A stretch of DNA of 64,000 nt. It comes from Nemertoderma westbladi (taxonomy: Eukaryota > Animalia > Xenacoelomorpha). The notes under the pieces were generated by a model. That model was not told the origin of the DNA. It saw only the letters and a program-made list of their open reading frames with translations, and did not search any database. This document shows, one piece after another, positions 33,613 to 48,112 of the stretch. A program made the translations under genes and the position numbers. Every line of letters starts with the position of its first letter. The first letter of the stretch is position 1. The DNA is taken from NCBI GenBank assembly GCA_032718475.1, contig JAUCBJ010005882.1:1-64000 (forward strand), in the 5' to 3' direction.

Positions 33613-33748
33613 TGTGGTGAGGTTATAGGGCTCCTTCAATTGGTAAAGTCAAAAGTGGCCGTTTATTGTTTTAGTTAGAAAAGCCTGCCTCTGTAACCTG
33701 TTACTTTCCCTCAATAGGTTTATGATTATGACGTGTGTTACTTGTTAC

Positions 33749-36700
33749 CGGTCCTACTAATTACCCCAACCTACCCCAACCTACCACAAACTACCACAAT
33801 CTACCACAATCTACCCCAACAATTCGATACAGGCATCTAATTACCACAATGTTATTTTACAATGGCATCTAATTACCACAATATACAGAACTCAAGTGTC
33901 TATTTACCACAAGACTACACTGCATCTAATTACCACAATATTATTTTACAATGGCATCTAATTACCACAATATACAGAACGCAAGTGTCTAATTACCACA
34001 AGACTATACTGCGTCTAATTACCACAATCTATTTACGAACAAGACTACACTGCACACTGCATCTAATTACCACAATATTATTTTCCAATGGCATCTAATT
34101 ACCACAATATACAGAACGCAAGTGTCTAATTACCACAAGACTATACTGCGTCTAATTACCACAACACTATACTGCGTCTAATTACCACAACACAACACTG
34201 CGTCTAATTACCACAATCTATTTACCACAAGACTACACTGCATCTAATTACCACAATATTATTTTACAATGGCATCTAATTACCACAATATACAGAACGC
34301 AAGTGTCTAATTACCACAAGACTATACTGCGTCTAATTACCACAACACTATACTGCGTCTAATTACCACAACACAACACTGCGTCTAATTACCACAATCT
34401 ATTTACCACAAGACTACACTGCATCTAATTACCACAATATTATTTTACAATGGCATCTAATTACCACAATATACAGAATGCAAGAGTGTCTAATTACCAC
34501 AAGACTATACTGCGTCTAATTACCACAATCTATTTACCACAAGACTACACTGCATCTAATTACCACAATATTATTTTACAATGGCATCTAATTACCACAA
34601 TATACAGAATACAAGTGTCTAATTACCACAACACTATACTGCGTCTAATTACCACAATCTATTTACCACAAGACTACACTGCATCTAATTACCACAATAT
34701 TATTTTACAATGGCATCTAATTACCACAATATACAGAACGCAAGTCTCTAATTACCACAACACTATACTGCGTCTAATTACCATACCACAACGCTATACT
34801 GCGTCTAATTACCACAACACAACACTGCGTCTAATTACCACAATCTATTTAAGAACAAGACTACACTGCACACTGCATCTAATTACCACAATATTATTTT
34901 ACAATGGCATCTAATTACCACAATATACAGAACGCAAGTGTCTAATTACCACAAGACTATACTGCGTCTAATTACCACAACACTATACTGCGTCTAATTA
35001 CCACAATCTATTTACCACAAGACTACACTGCATCTAATTACCACAATATTATTTTACAATGGCATCTAATTACCACAATATACAGAACGCAAGTGTCTAA
35101 TTACCACAAGACTATACTGCGTCTAATTACAACAAGACTATACTGCGTCTAATTACCACAAGACTATACTGCGTCTAATTCCACAATCTATTTACCACAA
35201 GACTACACTGCATCTAATTACCACAATAATATTTTACAATGGCATCTAATTACCGCAATATACAGAATGCAAGTGTCTAATTACCACAACACTATACTGC
35301 GTCTAATTACCACAATCTATTTACCACAAGACTACACTGCATCTAATTACCACAATATTATTTTACAATGGCATCTAATTACCACAATATACAGAACGCA
35401 AGTCTCTAATTACCACAACACTATACTGCGTCTAATTACCACAATCTATTTACCACAAGACTATACTGCATCTAATTACCACAATATTATTTTACAATGG
35501 CATCTAATTACCACAATATACAGAACGCAGTGTCTAATTACCACAAGACCACACTGCATCTACTGTAATTACCACAATATACAGAATGCAAGAGTGTTTA
35601 ATTACCACAATATACAGTACGGTAGTTATTAATATTCAGTGTCTAATTACCGCAAAACTTCACTAACGTCTAATTACCACAATATACAGAACTCAAGTGT
35701 CTAATCACGGGTAGGACTAAAAACCCAAACGGACCCAAACGGTACCCAAACGAACCCAAACGGTGGAATACGGAGTTATATCAACAGATGTTATAGTTGC
35801 CACAACGGGGAAACAATTATACGATTATATGAAATCATAATTACAGTAATGCAGCTTTTTGTGTTTTACATTCATGAAGAACACAAAAAACGGTGCCAAG
35901 CCCGTATAAATGCAGAGGCTCATCTATCAACCACGCTACTTTACACGTATATGATATACAATAGACATCATTAAAAAAATTAATCAAAAAAATAAAATAA
36001 AGTACAGTGTATTTTCTGAACGGGCATTTATCAGGGCAGGGCATTTGTAAATAAATTCCAAGGGCAAGGGCAAGGGTTCTGTTGTGCTCTGGGATATGTG
36101 GGCACAATTTACTGTAGGACACACAGTTATCACAATTGGTGGTGGAGAATGATATTTATAACATAAGCGACATTTACAGTAGCAAATATGTGAAAGAATT
36201 ATGTATTTCAATCCATCGTTATTATTCGTGGAAGAGTTTCAGCGAGAAGAGTCAAAATTATGTCAACCTCGTACAGTACAAATTTCAACAGAATGGACGT
36301 GATTAATTACTCTGCAAAATTTTACTCTTAATCATAAAATCGGCCCACCCATCTATGAAATACTGGAAAACGGTGAAGGAAGAATTACGGATACTGTACC
36401 AGAAACGAACGAGACACAGGAAATACATAATTTGTAAGTTTAAATACTTTATTGAAGTAATAAAATTAACCAATAAATTAATTGTGTTTAAACACCATTT
36501 AATTCCGAATAAAAATAGCCTTAGTTTATATAAATCAATTATTGGGGCACAATTTCAGTATATTATATCCATAACGAAATCAGTTTATTTCATTTAGTAA
36601 TAAGTTCTACAGTATATAGGTAGGTGAGTCTGTCGGTAGGTCAGTTGGTTAGTCTGTCGTTCAGTCTGTCGGTGGGTTAGTTGGTCACTCAGTCGTTCAG

Positions 36701-39700
36701 TCTGTCGGTTGGTTGATTGGTCGGTAGGTCAGTTGGTTAGTCTGTCTGTCAGTCGGTTGGTCAGTCTTTCATTCAATCTGTCGGTCAGTTTGTTGGTTGG
36801 TTGGTTGGTCTTGTGGCAGTTGGTTTTGTATGTGAGTCCGTCGGTCGGTTGGAAAATTTATCATTCAGTCTGTTGGTTGGTCGGTCAGTTGATGGATCGG
36901 TACGTCAGTTGGTTAGTCTGTCAGTCGGTCGGTCGGTTGGCTGGTCAGTCTGTCGGTCAGTCTCTCGGTCGGTTGGTCAGTATTTCGGTCAGTCTGTTGG
37001 TCGGTTGGTCAGTCGGTTGGTCAGTCAGTCGCTCAGTCTGTCAGTCGATTGGTCAGTCTGTCGGTCAGTCTGTTGGTCGGTCGGTTGGTCAGACTGTCGG
37101 TGGGTCTGTCAGTGTGTACCAAAAAAAAATTGTAAAAAAAGGTTAATTAAGCAATATTATATTATACAGTAATTAACCACAGTAACTTTTAGAGGCTGAA
37201 ATGAAGGAAGTGAGAGATGATAACAAAAGATTTCAATCCCGGTCCCTATTGGCTACCAATGTGAATTATCTACACGGCTATTGGTAGATGGAAGGAACCC
37301 TTGCAGTACAAATAGTAATGGTACTACATGCATTAAGTCAATACATGCTTACTCTCTTCAGCTGATTTTATTTTTATCCAATCATTGTGTGTGTGGCAAG
37401 GTAGCTTACAGAATCTTTGCTATTTTGCTAATTCTTTAAATTAAACTGCACAATAATAGCTTCACCCACACATATCCCACAACCTATTTTTGTATATTCA
37501 CATTTATAAGTGCCAACATCGCATCCATGTGATGGATGCGATCTGCCATCCTCTGCCAATCTCTGACAGTGTCAAAGGCAGTTTGGGTTGGGTTTAGAAA
37601 TACAGTTCAGGTAGACATTCCGCACATTAAATTTATACAGAAATTTATACTGTCCTACTGATGGGATTCATACAGTATATACAAATTATAAATTCAGCCA
37701 GATATTTTATTAATATTGCCATTACTGTTTGCAATAGTTTTATACGAATATAATATATATTTTATACGCTTTTGTTGTGGATTGCTCATCGGCTTGTGGA
37801 TTCAGACGAATAAAGGATAATGAAACCAAAGGTATTATTCCCGAAATCGAAAGCATTATTCCCATGTGGAACCTGTTTACTAAATTGTGAAACAAATCAA
37901 CCCGCTATTATTTTGCGATCAATGCAGGATATGGTTCCATAAAGATTGTGAACAACTTAGTGAATCAACTATAGAAATGTTAAGTAGTCCAAATTTCGAT
38001 AACATTGAGTACCTTTGTAGTCGGTGCGTAGAATTTCACGGGAAGTTTGATTTTATGGCATCGCTTGATCGCCTGGGAAAATCAATTATTAACGATAACC
38101 TCGATAAAGCTATCGTAATGGAGGAGATATTTCTTCGCTCCAAAACAACAATAAATGTAAGTATTATTGATATTTACGACACTTTCGTCAATCTTGCCAA
38201 CTCTGGGCTGACCATGTACTGTAAATTACTGTTGGTCATTGTTGACGTTAAACATCTCAAAGACGATATAAGTCGATACCTAATTAATAAAGTTGGCTGC
38301 GATGGGGACGAACGCAATGCTATCATAGGTATTATATTCGGTCCGAATGGTATTGCAAAAAGTTGTGATGAACATACGTTCAATACTCGTTTATTCGAGC
38401 TTATGCCCTTTTTAACAAAGTACCCAGTATTCGATAAGTACTTTGATACCCATGTGCGGGATACCTTGTATGAAAATATTTGTGTTCCACACCAAATGGG
38501 CTGTCACGAAAAACTGTGGACCAACAATAACTGCGAGTCCATCAACAATATACTAAAGGTCACTATCGATTGGCATCCAAAGAAATTGCCAGAACTAATA
38601 AGACATTTACACTCAGTAAGCGATTTACAAATGAGTGACCTTAGGCGAGCCCTATATGGTACAGGTAATTACGTTTTGTCCAATAAATTTCAAAAGTTTA
38701 GAGTTTCTCGCAACGTCTGGTTGCAGAAAACTGAAGCCCAAAAAGATAAGCTGGTAATGGACTTTATCCATAAGCGACTACCATGTAGTGGATCTGGTCA
38801 ACCTAAAGGGGAATCCGAAGTAATATTTTCAAAAGATAAAATATTCACGATGCCTAGAAGAAAAGGAACTGCAAAAAAACCCCAACAACGCAAACGTCCC
38901 AAGAGCGAGCGCACCCGCATAATACAAAGATGATTTATTTTCAGTCAGCCGAACTGACCGACCGTCTATCTAACTTAAGATGGTACACACTGACAGACCC
39001 ACCCACAGCCTGACCAACCAACCGACAGACTGACCAACCGACCGACAGACTGACCAACCGACCGACAGACTGACCATCCGACTGACCCACTGACAATCAA
39101 ACTGACCGACCAACACACTGACTGACAAACTGACCAACCGACCGAGAGACTGACGGGCAGACTCACCAGTGACCAACCGACCGACTGACCGATAGACTAA
39201 CTAACTCACCTACCGACAGACTCACCGACAGACTGACCAATAGACTGACCGACAGATTGAATGACAGACTGACCAACCGACAGACTAACCAACTGACCTA
39301 CCGACAGACTCACCTACCAAAGAACTTAATACTAAATGAAATAAACTGATTTCGTTATGGATATACTGTAATATACTGAAATTGTGCCCCAATAATTGAT
39401 TTATAGGAACTAAGATTATTTTTATTAGGAATTAAATGATAAAGCGCTACTTTATACATAATGATGTCCATTGTATATCATATACGTGTAATACATATTG
39501 TTTTGGTTAGAATAACGTAGCAGTTTAACTAGCTCCTCTCCCTTAATTGGATGCTTTACCATTGAAACGAGATATAAATTATCCAATTGCTTTCAGCCAC
39601 CCCCCCCCCCCCCCCCCGTATAAATAAAGCGCTACTTTATACATAATGATGTCCATTGTATATCATATACTGTACATGTAAAGTAGCGTGGTTGATAGAT

Positions 39701-41999
39701 GAGCCTCTGCATTTATACGGGCTTGGCACCGTTTTTTGTGTTCTTCATGAATGTAAAACACAAAAAGCTGCATTACTGTAATTATTATTTCATATAATCG
39801 TATAATTGTTTCCCCGTTGTAGCAAATACAGTATAACATCTGTTGTGGCGATTGTGTCCCCCGTTGTGGCGATTGTTTCCTCCGTTGTGGCAACTATATC
39901 CTCCGTAGTGGCGATTGTTTCTTCCGTTGGGGCAACTATAACATCTGTTGTGGCGATTGTTTCCAGAGGGCGGCAACTTTAACTATAACACCCAACAATA
40001 AATACTTTTTATTTCAATAACTAAGTATACAGTACTTTAAATAGGGGGGTCTTTCGATACAAACGATATTTACAGAAATAACAACTGATCTTTCAGCCCC
40101 CCCCCCCCCCCCCCCCCCCCCGTATAAATAAAGCGCTACTTTATACATAATGATGTCCATTGTATATCATATACGTGTAAAGTAGCGTGGTTGATAGATG
40201 AGCCTCTGCATTTATACGGGCTTGGCACCGTTTTTTGTGTTCTTCATGAATGTAAAACACAAAAAGCTGCATTACTGTAATTATTTTTCGTATAATCGTA
40301 TAATTGTTTCCCCGTTGTGGCAACTATAACATCTGTTGATATAACTCCGTATTCCACCGTTTGGGTTCGTTTGGGTACCGTTTGGGTCCGTTTGGGTTTT
40401 TAGTCCTACCCGTGATTAGACACTTGAGTTCTGTATATTGTGGTAATTAGACGTTAGTGAAGTCTTGCGGTAATTAGACACTGAATATTAATAACTACCG
40501 TACTGTATATTGTGGTAATTAGACACTCTTGCATTCTGTATATTGTGGTAATTAGATGCCATTGTAAAATAATATTGTGGTAATTAGATGCAGTGTAGTC
40601 TTGTGGTAAATAGATTGTGGTAATTAGACGCAGTATAGTGTTGTGGTAATTAGACGCAGTATAGTCTTGTGGTAATTAGACACTTGCGTTCTGTATATTG
40701 TGGTAATTAGATGCCATTGTAAAATAATATTGTGGTAATTAGATGCAGTGTGCAGTGTAGTCTTGTTCGTAAATAGATTGTGGTAATTAGACGCAGTGTT
40801 GTGTTGTGGTAATTAGACGCAGTATAGCGTTGTGGTAATTAGACGCAGTATAGTCTTGTGGTAATTAGACACTTGCGTTCTGTATATTGTGGTAATTAGA
40901 TGCCATTGTAAAATAATATTGTGGTAATTAGATGCAGTGTAGTCTTGTGGTAAATAGATTGTGGTAATTAGACGCAGTGTTGTGTTGTGGTAATTAGACG
41001 CAGTATAGTGTTGTGGTAATTAGACGCAGTATAGTCTTGTGGTAATTAGACACTCTTGCGTTCTGTATATTGTGGTAATTAGATGCCATTGTAAAATAAT
41101 ATTGTGGTAATTAGATGCAGTGTAGTCTTGTGGTAAATAGATTGTGGTAATTAGACGCAGTGTTGTGTTGTGGTAATTAGACGCAGTATAGTGTTGTGGT
41201 AATTAGACGCAGTATAGTCTTGTGGTAATTAGACACTCTTGCATTCTGTATATTGTGGTAATTAGATGCCATTGTAAAATAATATTGTGGTAATTAGATG
41301 CAGTGTAGTCTTGTGGTAAATAGATTGTGGTAATTAGACGCAGTGTTGTGTTGTGGTAATTAGACGCAGTATAGTGTTGTGGTAATTAGACGCAGTATAG
41401 TCTTGTGGTAATTAGACACTCTTGCATTCTGTATATTGTGGTAATTAGATGCCATTGTAAAATAATATTGTGGTAATTAGATGCAGTGTAGTCTTGTGGT
41501 AAATAGATTGTGGTAATTAGACGCAGTGTTGTGTTGTGGTAATTAGACGCAGTATAGTGTTGTGGTAATTAGACGCAGTATAGTCTTGTGGTAATTAGAC
41601 ACTCTTGCATTCTGTATATTGTGGTAATTAGATGCCATTGTAAAATAATATTGTGGTAATTAGATGCAGTGTAGTCTTGTGGTAAATAGATTGTATTAAT
41701 TAGACGCAGTGTTGTGTTGTGGTAATTAGACGCAGTATAGTGTTGTGGTAATTAGACGCTGTATAGTATTGTGGTAATTAGACACTTGCGTTCTGTATAT
41801 TGTGGTAATTAGATGCGCAGTTAGTCTTGTGGTAAATAGACACTTGCGTTCTGTATATCATGTATATTGTGGTAATTAGATGCCATTGTAAAATAATATT
41901 GTGGTAATTAGATGCCTGTATCGAATTATTGGGGTAGATTGTGGTAGATTGTGGTAGTTTGTGGTAGGTTGGGGTAGGTTGGGGTAATTAGTAGGACCC
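33749..41999. mobile_element. Foldback Mutator-like (Phantom-like) element with ~2-kb minisatellite TIRs
   Basis: Termini (c/g)ggtcctactaattacccc; 8-bp TSD CTTGTTAC; arms 33749-~35965 and ~40155-41999 built from taattaccacaa units; second inner inverted pair ~36500-37125 / ~38975-39440. Confidence 0.85.
37887..38933 (+). CDS. PHD finger fused to a Mutator-like transposase C-terminal region (deletion derivative)
   Basis: CDQCRIWFHKDC...YLCSRC; WTNNNCESINNILK and LRRALYGTGNY motifs; basic C-terminus; no ATG at the ORF start. Confidence 0.65.
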   Translation: MKQINPLLFCDQCRIWFHKDCEQLSESTIEMLSSPNFDNIEYLCSRCVEFHGKFDFMASLDRLGKSIINDNLDKAIVMEEIFLRSKTTINVSIIDIYDTFVNLANSGLTMYCKLLLVIVDVKHLKDDISRYLINKVGCDGDERNAIIGIIFGPNGIAKSCDEHTFNTRLFELMPFLTKYPVFDKYFDTHVRDTLYENICVPHQMGCHEKLWTNNNCESINNILKVTIDWHPKKLPELIRHLHSVSDLQMSDLRRALYGTGNYVLSNKFQKFRVSRNVWLQKTEAQKDKLVMDFIHKRLPCSGSGQPKGESEVIFSKDKIFTMPRRKGTAKKPQQRKRPKSERTRIIQR

Positions 42000-43788
42000 C
42001 TTGTTACTTCTGTACTTATTATGTGGAGACCCCAACACATTAATCAGTTACTAATCCCATTTCATTATCCTGTTATCCAGCCGTTTTATAATACCCTTCC
42101 TGTTGCCTGTTGTATGGAAAAATTAGAAGAGATGGTGGTAGCATCAACTTGCAGTATTTCTTTCTGATAGGGCTCCCATAGCCTTAGACGAAATCGTAGC
42201 TTGTACTGTAGTTAGCCTTAGCAGCAGCTGCAGTTGACTAACCTGGCATTGCTACCAGTAGGCCTATCCACCAAATATAATTTGTAATTAAATATTTGTT
42301 GGAGCATAATCTAATCTAGTCCTAAAGACACTATAAAGTCCTGGGTACATAAGGCTCTAAGGTTAGACATAACATGAATATAAATTGTAAACTAAACAAT
42401 AATGCTAAAAGTAAAGTACAAAGTACCTAGAATGCTAGAATGTAACATTATATTATAAGTACAGTACAGTCAGTACACTGAAGATACATACAGAGCTTGC
42501 AAAGGTAACTTTCCATAACTTAACAGCTGTCTGGCTGTCTCTCATCTGTCATGCTTCATGTACCTTTAAGTTCGATTCTCAATGTCACGTCCAAAATTGG
42601 ACTTAAAGTCCAATATTGGACTTTTGTAAAAATTCAAAGCCTTATAAAAAAAGTTCCCCCTGGTGAATTTCAGGTCCCCCTGTTCAAAACTCTTATTTTT
42701 TGATATATTTTCGATTAAAGAAAAAAAATCCCGCCCGATCCAATTACCCAAGGCCCTGGAACAATGGGCTGATTTGAAGTCCAATATTGGACTCACAGAA
42801 GTCCAATTTTGGACTTGAACTGGAGTCGAAGTCCAATTTTGGACTCAAGTCCAATTTTTGACTTCTCACCGACTGACAATTGCGCCAATTAAAGATAAGT
42901 TATTTTCGGTAAAATAAACTTATCATTCGAGGTTAAGACCCCTAGATCCCTTCCTATAACAACATTAATTAGTACAACAATGGACAAATTGATTAGTCTT
43001 ACTGTCTAAGCTCAATTAGTCAATGTAATACTTGGAATATTTAGCAAAGTTTGCCCGGGCTTCTGCAGTATCAATTGCAGAAATCGAACCGAACGGAAAT
43101 TGCCAAACTTCGGCCCGAACCGAACAGAAGCCGAAGCTTCTGTTGAGCCCTAGCTATATGCTATATAATACTGTAATAATTAAAATTGATGTTGGATCAA
43201 TTAAACAGATAAATACTGTAATAATAAACCTTCAACATCAAATCGATGAATCGTCTTATATATTTATACTAGGGGCCTACTGGCAGTAGGGAACATACCC
43301 TTAAATAAGCTCCAAAAGTGGGTTCTTATTTAAGGAAAATGGCTCTTATTTAGGGGTTTTTGGGCCTTTTTTGGATATTTTTTCGATATAATATGCAATA
43401 ACTTGTTTCAGGAAAAAATACCGCATAATTTTATTTCACAATGTAAAAGTTGGGTCTTTCTTGAACATAAAGCAAAAAACCAGAAAACATTTCACCGTCC
43501 GGTTTTTTTTCTACAAGCGTTTTAAAATTGCATCAAAAATACGACTAGTTCCTAAATAAGGGGGATTTTTTAAATTTACCTTATTTAAGATATCGAAATT
43601 GTTCACATAGATACTAAAAGTCCCTAAATAAGAACTTTTTGACCTGGGTTTCTTATTTAGGAATACAATTGTATTCCAAAAGCTGCACATTCCTTAAATA
43701 AAATAAATATTCCTTATTCCTTACAGTACTGCAGTATGCCGGTATGTGTTACACTTCTTTCATAATTCTTTGATTTATGTCAGTCTGT

Positions 43789-45212
43789 ATATGTGGCTGG
43801 TTGCGAGAAAAGGGACCTGGGGAAAAAATGTTCATTCTGAGAAAAACGCGTTTAAAGTTTGGCTCTTAAAATCGACTGTTTTCATTGGTTTATTGGTCGT
43901 TATTGGGTTTTATTAGAGCGAAATTCAAACTGTATTATACTAGTAATAGTACTAAGCACTGTATACACTTGTTATTTTAGATTATCGTAGAATATCTGTA
44001 GCCTATTCGGATAGTTATTGTACAAACAAGTTCACACGAATAATTTAGAATTTATTATGGAAACTGAAGCAGAGTGGCTGAACCTATTAAATAATAGGGT
44101 TTTCAGGTCGCTGATCATGATAAAACTTGTTAAAAATATTTTTTGGAAAAGCAACCATCATTTTTTGTGCTATTTTGGTCCACCAGTATGAAAAGTACAA
44201 GTAAAAAAATGTCAACATAAAAAAATTTGTGTTTGGTTTGATAATTCTGAACGTATGTGTTTTCGAGGTCGCTGATTACGATGAATCTAGTTATAAATAT
44301 TTCTGGTAATGCAAACCCAATTTTGGTGCTATTCTAATGCCCCAGAACTGGAAATTACAAGTAGCACAAACTTATAAACTGTCAAATTATGCCTATGATT
44401 TGGTAATTCTGAAGCTATACTGGTTTTCAAGGTAGCTGATTACGATATAACACGTTACAAATCATTCGTGGTAACGCAACTGATTTTGAACAAAATTTTG
44501 GTGCTTTTCTGTTGGGACGAAAATTACAAGTAGCAAACATTTCAAATTGCAAAAAGCGAATTTGGTCGGATAATACGATATTTTTGAGTGTCATATTCGT
44601 TATCAGTGTCCCAGAAAACCCATAATGTCTAAAATTCAGGTTGATTTGGTAATGATTTTTGGTTATCAAACTTTTGCTACTTGTATTTTTCGTGCCGCAC
44701 ATTCACACATCGAAAAAATTGTTTTAATTCGTGATCAGCATTCCAAAAAAACCATATGTTCATAAAATCAATTTAATTTTGTGGTGATTTTTCATTATCA
44801 TATTTGCACTACGATTTTTTTTCGTGCCCCAAAGGGCACATTCAAAATTACCAAAAATATTCTAGAATGTTATATTTGAGTTCAATATTTGTGATCAGTG
44901 TCCAAAAAAACCGCTATATATAGCGCAAAAAATTAATTTTAGTGAATTATAAAAATATTCGAAAATTTTAGCACGAAAAATACCTGAGATGGATGCCAGA
45001 ATGGACCACATCAAAAAATTAACATTGGTTGCGAGAAAAGGGACCTGCGTTTTTAATTTTTTGTTTAAACTCTCATAACTTTTTAACGAAAAACGATATG
45101 AAAAAACTAGTTCGATATTCGGAAAGCCCAGAAAATTCTGCATCTAATAGGCCTAAAAACGCAAAATCGACCATGTGGTCCCCAGGTCCCTTTTCTCGCA
45201 ACCAGCCACATA
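43789..45212. mobile_element. Non-autonomous TIR element (ATATG termini)
   Basis: atatgtggctggttgcgagaaaagggacctgggga / tccccaggtcccttttctcgcaaccagccacatat; internal ggtcgctgat repeats. Confidence 0.85.
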
Positions 45213-45479
45213 TTGCTAATTGTTGGGTTAAGGATAAGGACAATGGTGCAACAATTGTCCTTATCCTTAACCCTTTATCCTTAACCTTAACCTATATAAT
45301 ATCGTATCATAATGAAGTTGCTAGCACTGGCATTCTTACCTCACACGGTAGCATAGAATAGCCCATTGATATTCAAAAGAATAGCCCATCGCCCATCTGA
45401 GCGCACATACATTGTCACGTATTTCGATGAAACATGACTCAAGTAACTGGACATCGCCGCACAGTTTCGAAAAACTAAC

Positions 45480-45749
45480 TTGTGTCCTGCATATCCTCTT
45501 CTGCTCCGCGTTACGCCCCACTTAGATGGATTGTCCACAATGTTGAACTTGAAAGGTGTGAAAAAAGTGAAAAACCAATGTCAATGTCATGTCAATAGGC
45601 ACAAAGATGGTTCGGTCGGGCAGCTGATAGACATTATGAAGGTTAAAGATGATGACGTTTTGGCTCAACTGGCTCAGGCAGGAGTGGGACACGTTCGTGG
45701 GACCTTTGCGCAGCATGAAGTGAGCAAAGCCTTAGCTAGCCCTATCTGA
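45480..45749 (+). pseudogene. Possible LINE ORF1 (I/Nimb-like) fragment
   Basis: DDDVLAQLAQAGVGHVR resembles the EI..L..QGV..VR ORF1 motif; weak. Confidence 0.25.
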
Positions 45750-46054
45750 TAGGGGCCCCACCCCATTAACATGTTGCCTTTCGTTAGTCAGAGGTCGTTC
45801 AACACAATACTCGTCTCCTTAATTTGCCTCATTGCGTTCGTTTGTTTTTTGCCAAACTTCAGATTATTTCTAATCTTTTGACAGATTACATACATACTAA
45901 GTTTCGTTTAATTTCATCATGGAATGACCGAGTTATTAGCAATAAAAAATTTACAACGACGACAGACAACTCGTTAATAGCACCCATATGCTAAGGCTTC
46001 GCTCACTTGAATGTGGCTCTCCCGCTCCCCCACATTCAATCCGGTTCGACGCAG

Positions 46055-47635
46055 TTTGTTGCTCGTTGTTGCTCATTGCTGCTCGTTGTGCTTTATTATT
46101 TCTCATTGTTGGTCATTGTTGCTCGTTGTTGCTTGTTTGTTGTTGGTGCTCATTGTTGCTCGTTAGTTGTACTTTATTATTGCTCGTTGTACTTGTACTC
46201 TATTATTGCTCGTTGTTGCTCATTATTGCTCAATGTTACTCATTGTTGCTCGTTGTTGTACTTTATTATTGCTCGTTCAATCGTTGTTCCTCATTGTTGC
46301 TCGTTGTTTCTCGTTGTTGTACTTTATTATTGCTCATTGTTGCTCGTTGTTGCTCAATATTACTCGTTGTTGCTCGGTCAGTCGTTGTTGCTCATTGTTG
46401 CTCGTTGTTGTACTTTATTATTGCTCATTGTTACTCAATATATCTCGTTGTTGCTCAATATAACTCGTTGTTGCTCGTTCAGTCGTTGTTGCTCATTATT
46501 GCTCGTTGTTTCTCGTTGTTGCTCATTGTTGCTCGTTGTTGTTTTTTATTATTGCTCATTGTTGCTCGTTGTTGCTCAATGTTACTCGTTGTTATACTTT
46601 ATTATTGCTCAAAGTTACTCGTTGTTACTCATTGTCATTGTTGCTCATTGTTACTCGTTGTTCCTCATGTCCTAATTATTGGTCGTTGTTTCTCGTTGTT
46701 GTACTTTATTATTGCTCATTGTTGCTCGTTGTTTCTCAATGTTGCTCGTTGTTGAACTTTATTATTGCTCGTTCAGTCGTTGTTCCTCATTGTTGCTCGC
46801 TGTTTCTCGTTGTTGCTCATTGTTGCTTGTTGTTGCTCATTATTACTCAGCGTTACTCGTTGTTGCTCATTGTTGCTCGTTGTTGTACTTTATTATTGAT
46901 CGTTCAGTCGTTGTTCCTCATTGTTGCTCGCTGTTTCTCGTTGTTGCTCATTGTTGCTCGTTGTTGTACTTTATCATTGCTCGGTGTTTCTCAATGTTAC
47001 TCGTTGTTGCTCATTGTTGCTCGTTGTTGCTCGTTCAGTCGTTGTTCCTCATTATTGCTCATTGTTGTTCGTTGTTTATCGCTGTTGCTCATTGTTACTC
47101 GTTGTTGTACTTTATTATTGCCCATTTTTGCTCGTTGTTGCTCATTGTTTCTCATTGTTGCTCAATGTTACTCGTTGTTGCTCATTGTTGCTCGTTGTTG
47201 TACTTTATCATTGCTCATTGTTGCTCGGTGTTTCTCAATGTTACTCGTTGTTGCTCATTGTTGCTCGTTCAGTCGTTGTTCCTCATTATTGCTCATTGTT
47301 GTTCGTTGTTTCTCGCTGTTGCTCATTGTTGCTCGTTGTTGTACTTTATTATTGCTCATTTTTGCTCGTTGCTGCTCATTGTTTCTCATTGTTGCTCAAT
47401 GTTACTCGTAGTAGTCGTAGTTGCTCATTGTTACTCGTTGTTGCTTATTGTTACTCGTTGTTGCTCATTGTTGCTCGTTCAGTCGTTGTTCCTCATTATT
47501 GCTCGTTGTTGTACTTTATTATTGCTCAATGTTACTCATTGTTGCTCATTGTTGCTCGTTGTTTTGTTACTCATCAGCTCATTGTTCGTTTGTTGCTCGT
47601 TGTTGCTTATTGTAGGTCATTGTTGCTCGTGGTGC
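46055..47635. repeat. Low-complexity (TTGCTC[AG]TTG)n minisatellite
   Basis: 9-bp core with higher-order variants; explains the overlapping Leu/Cys ORFs. Confidence 0.95.
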
Positions 47636-47677
47636 ATTTTTGCACCTATCCAATTAAGCTCAGAAGCTCCCTTATCG

Positions 47678-48105
47678 TGGGATCTAAGTTCGCTTCGCGA
47701 CTAGCACGATGAGTACACAAGGCTTTTAATATCATAAATTGGGATCTAAGTTCACCTATTTAGGATCTAAGTTCACCCACATAGGATCTATGTTAGCATA
47801 TATAGGACCTAATAAGTTCGCAAAGCCATAGGCCATAGGCCAGCGCAGAACCTTTCATCAAAGTCAGGCCTTGTAGGATCTAAGTTCGTTTTACCCATTA
47901 TAAGTACTTTTATATGTTTAAAATGTAGCACAGTACAATATACTACAGTATAATATCGATAGAAAGTGGCCAACGCACAGTACACGTGGGATCTAAGTTC
48001 GCTTCTCCTCTCGCGTGTGCTAAGGAATTTGTATAAATTGGGATCTAAGTTCACCTAAGATCTAAGTTCGCTTTGCTTTCAACGTGGGATCTAAGTTCGT
48101 TTGCG
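47678..48105. repeat. Cluster of ggatctaagttc repeats
   Basis: About 9 copies with variable spacers. Confidence 0.8.
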
Positions 48106-48112
48106 ATTAGGA

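Larger units (their letters stand above)
32690..42875. mobile_element. Unclassified TIR element (CAGT...ACTG) with 5-bp TSD
   Basis: cagtcggtgagaagtcaaaaattggactt / aagtccaatttttgacttctcaccgactg; TSD ACAAT; subterminal aagtccaa/ttggactt repeats. Confidence 0.8.
32450..43152. mobile_element. hAT-like element (outer shell of nested insertions)
   Basis: tagggttcaacagaag ... cttctgttgagcccta, ccgaa subterminal repeats, imperfect 8-bp TSD gctatacc/gctatatg. Confidence 0.7.

Noticed and set aside
33862-37172. ORFs in the taattaccacaa and GGTC repeats
   Set aside because: Translations of TIR minisatellite and microsatellite DNA.
45988-47712. Overlapping Leu/Cys-rich ORFs
   Set aside because: Stop-poor simple repeat open in several frames.
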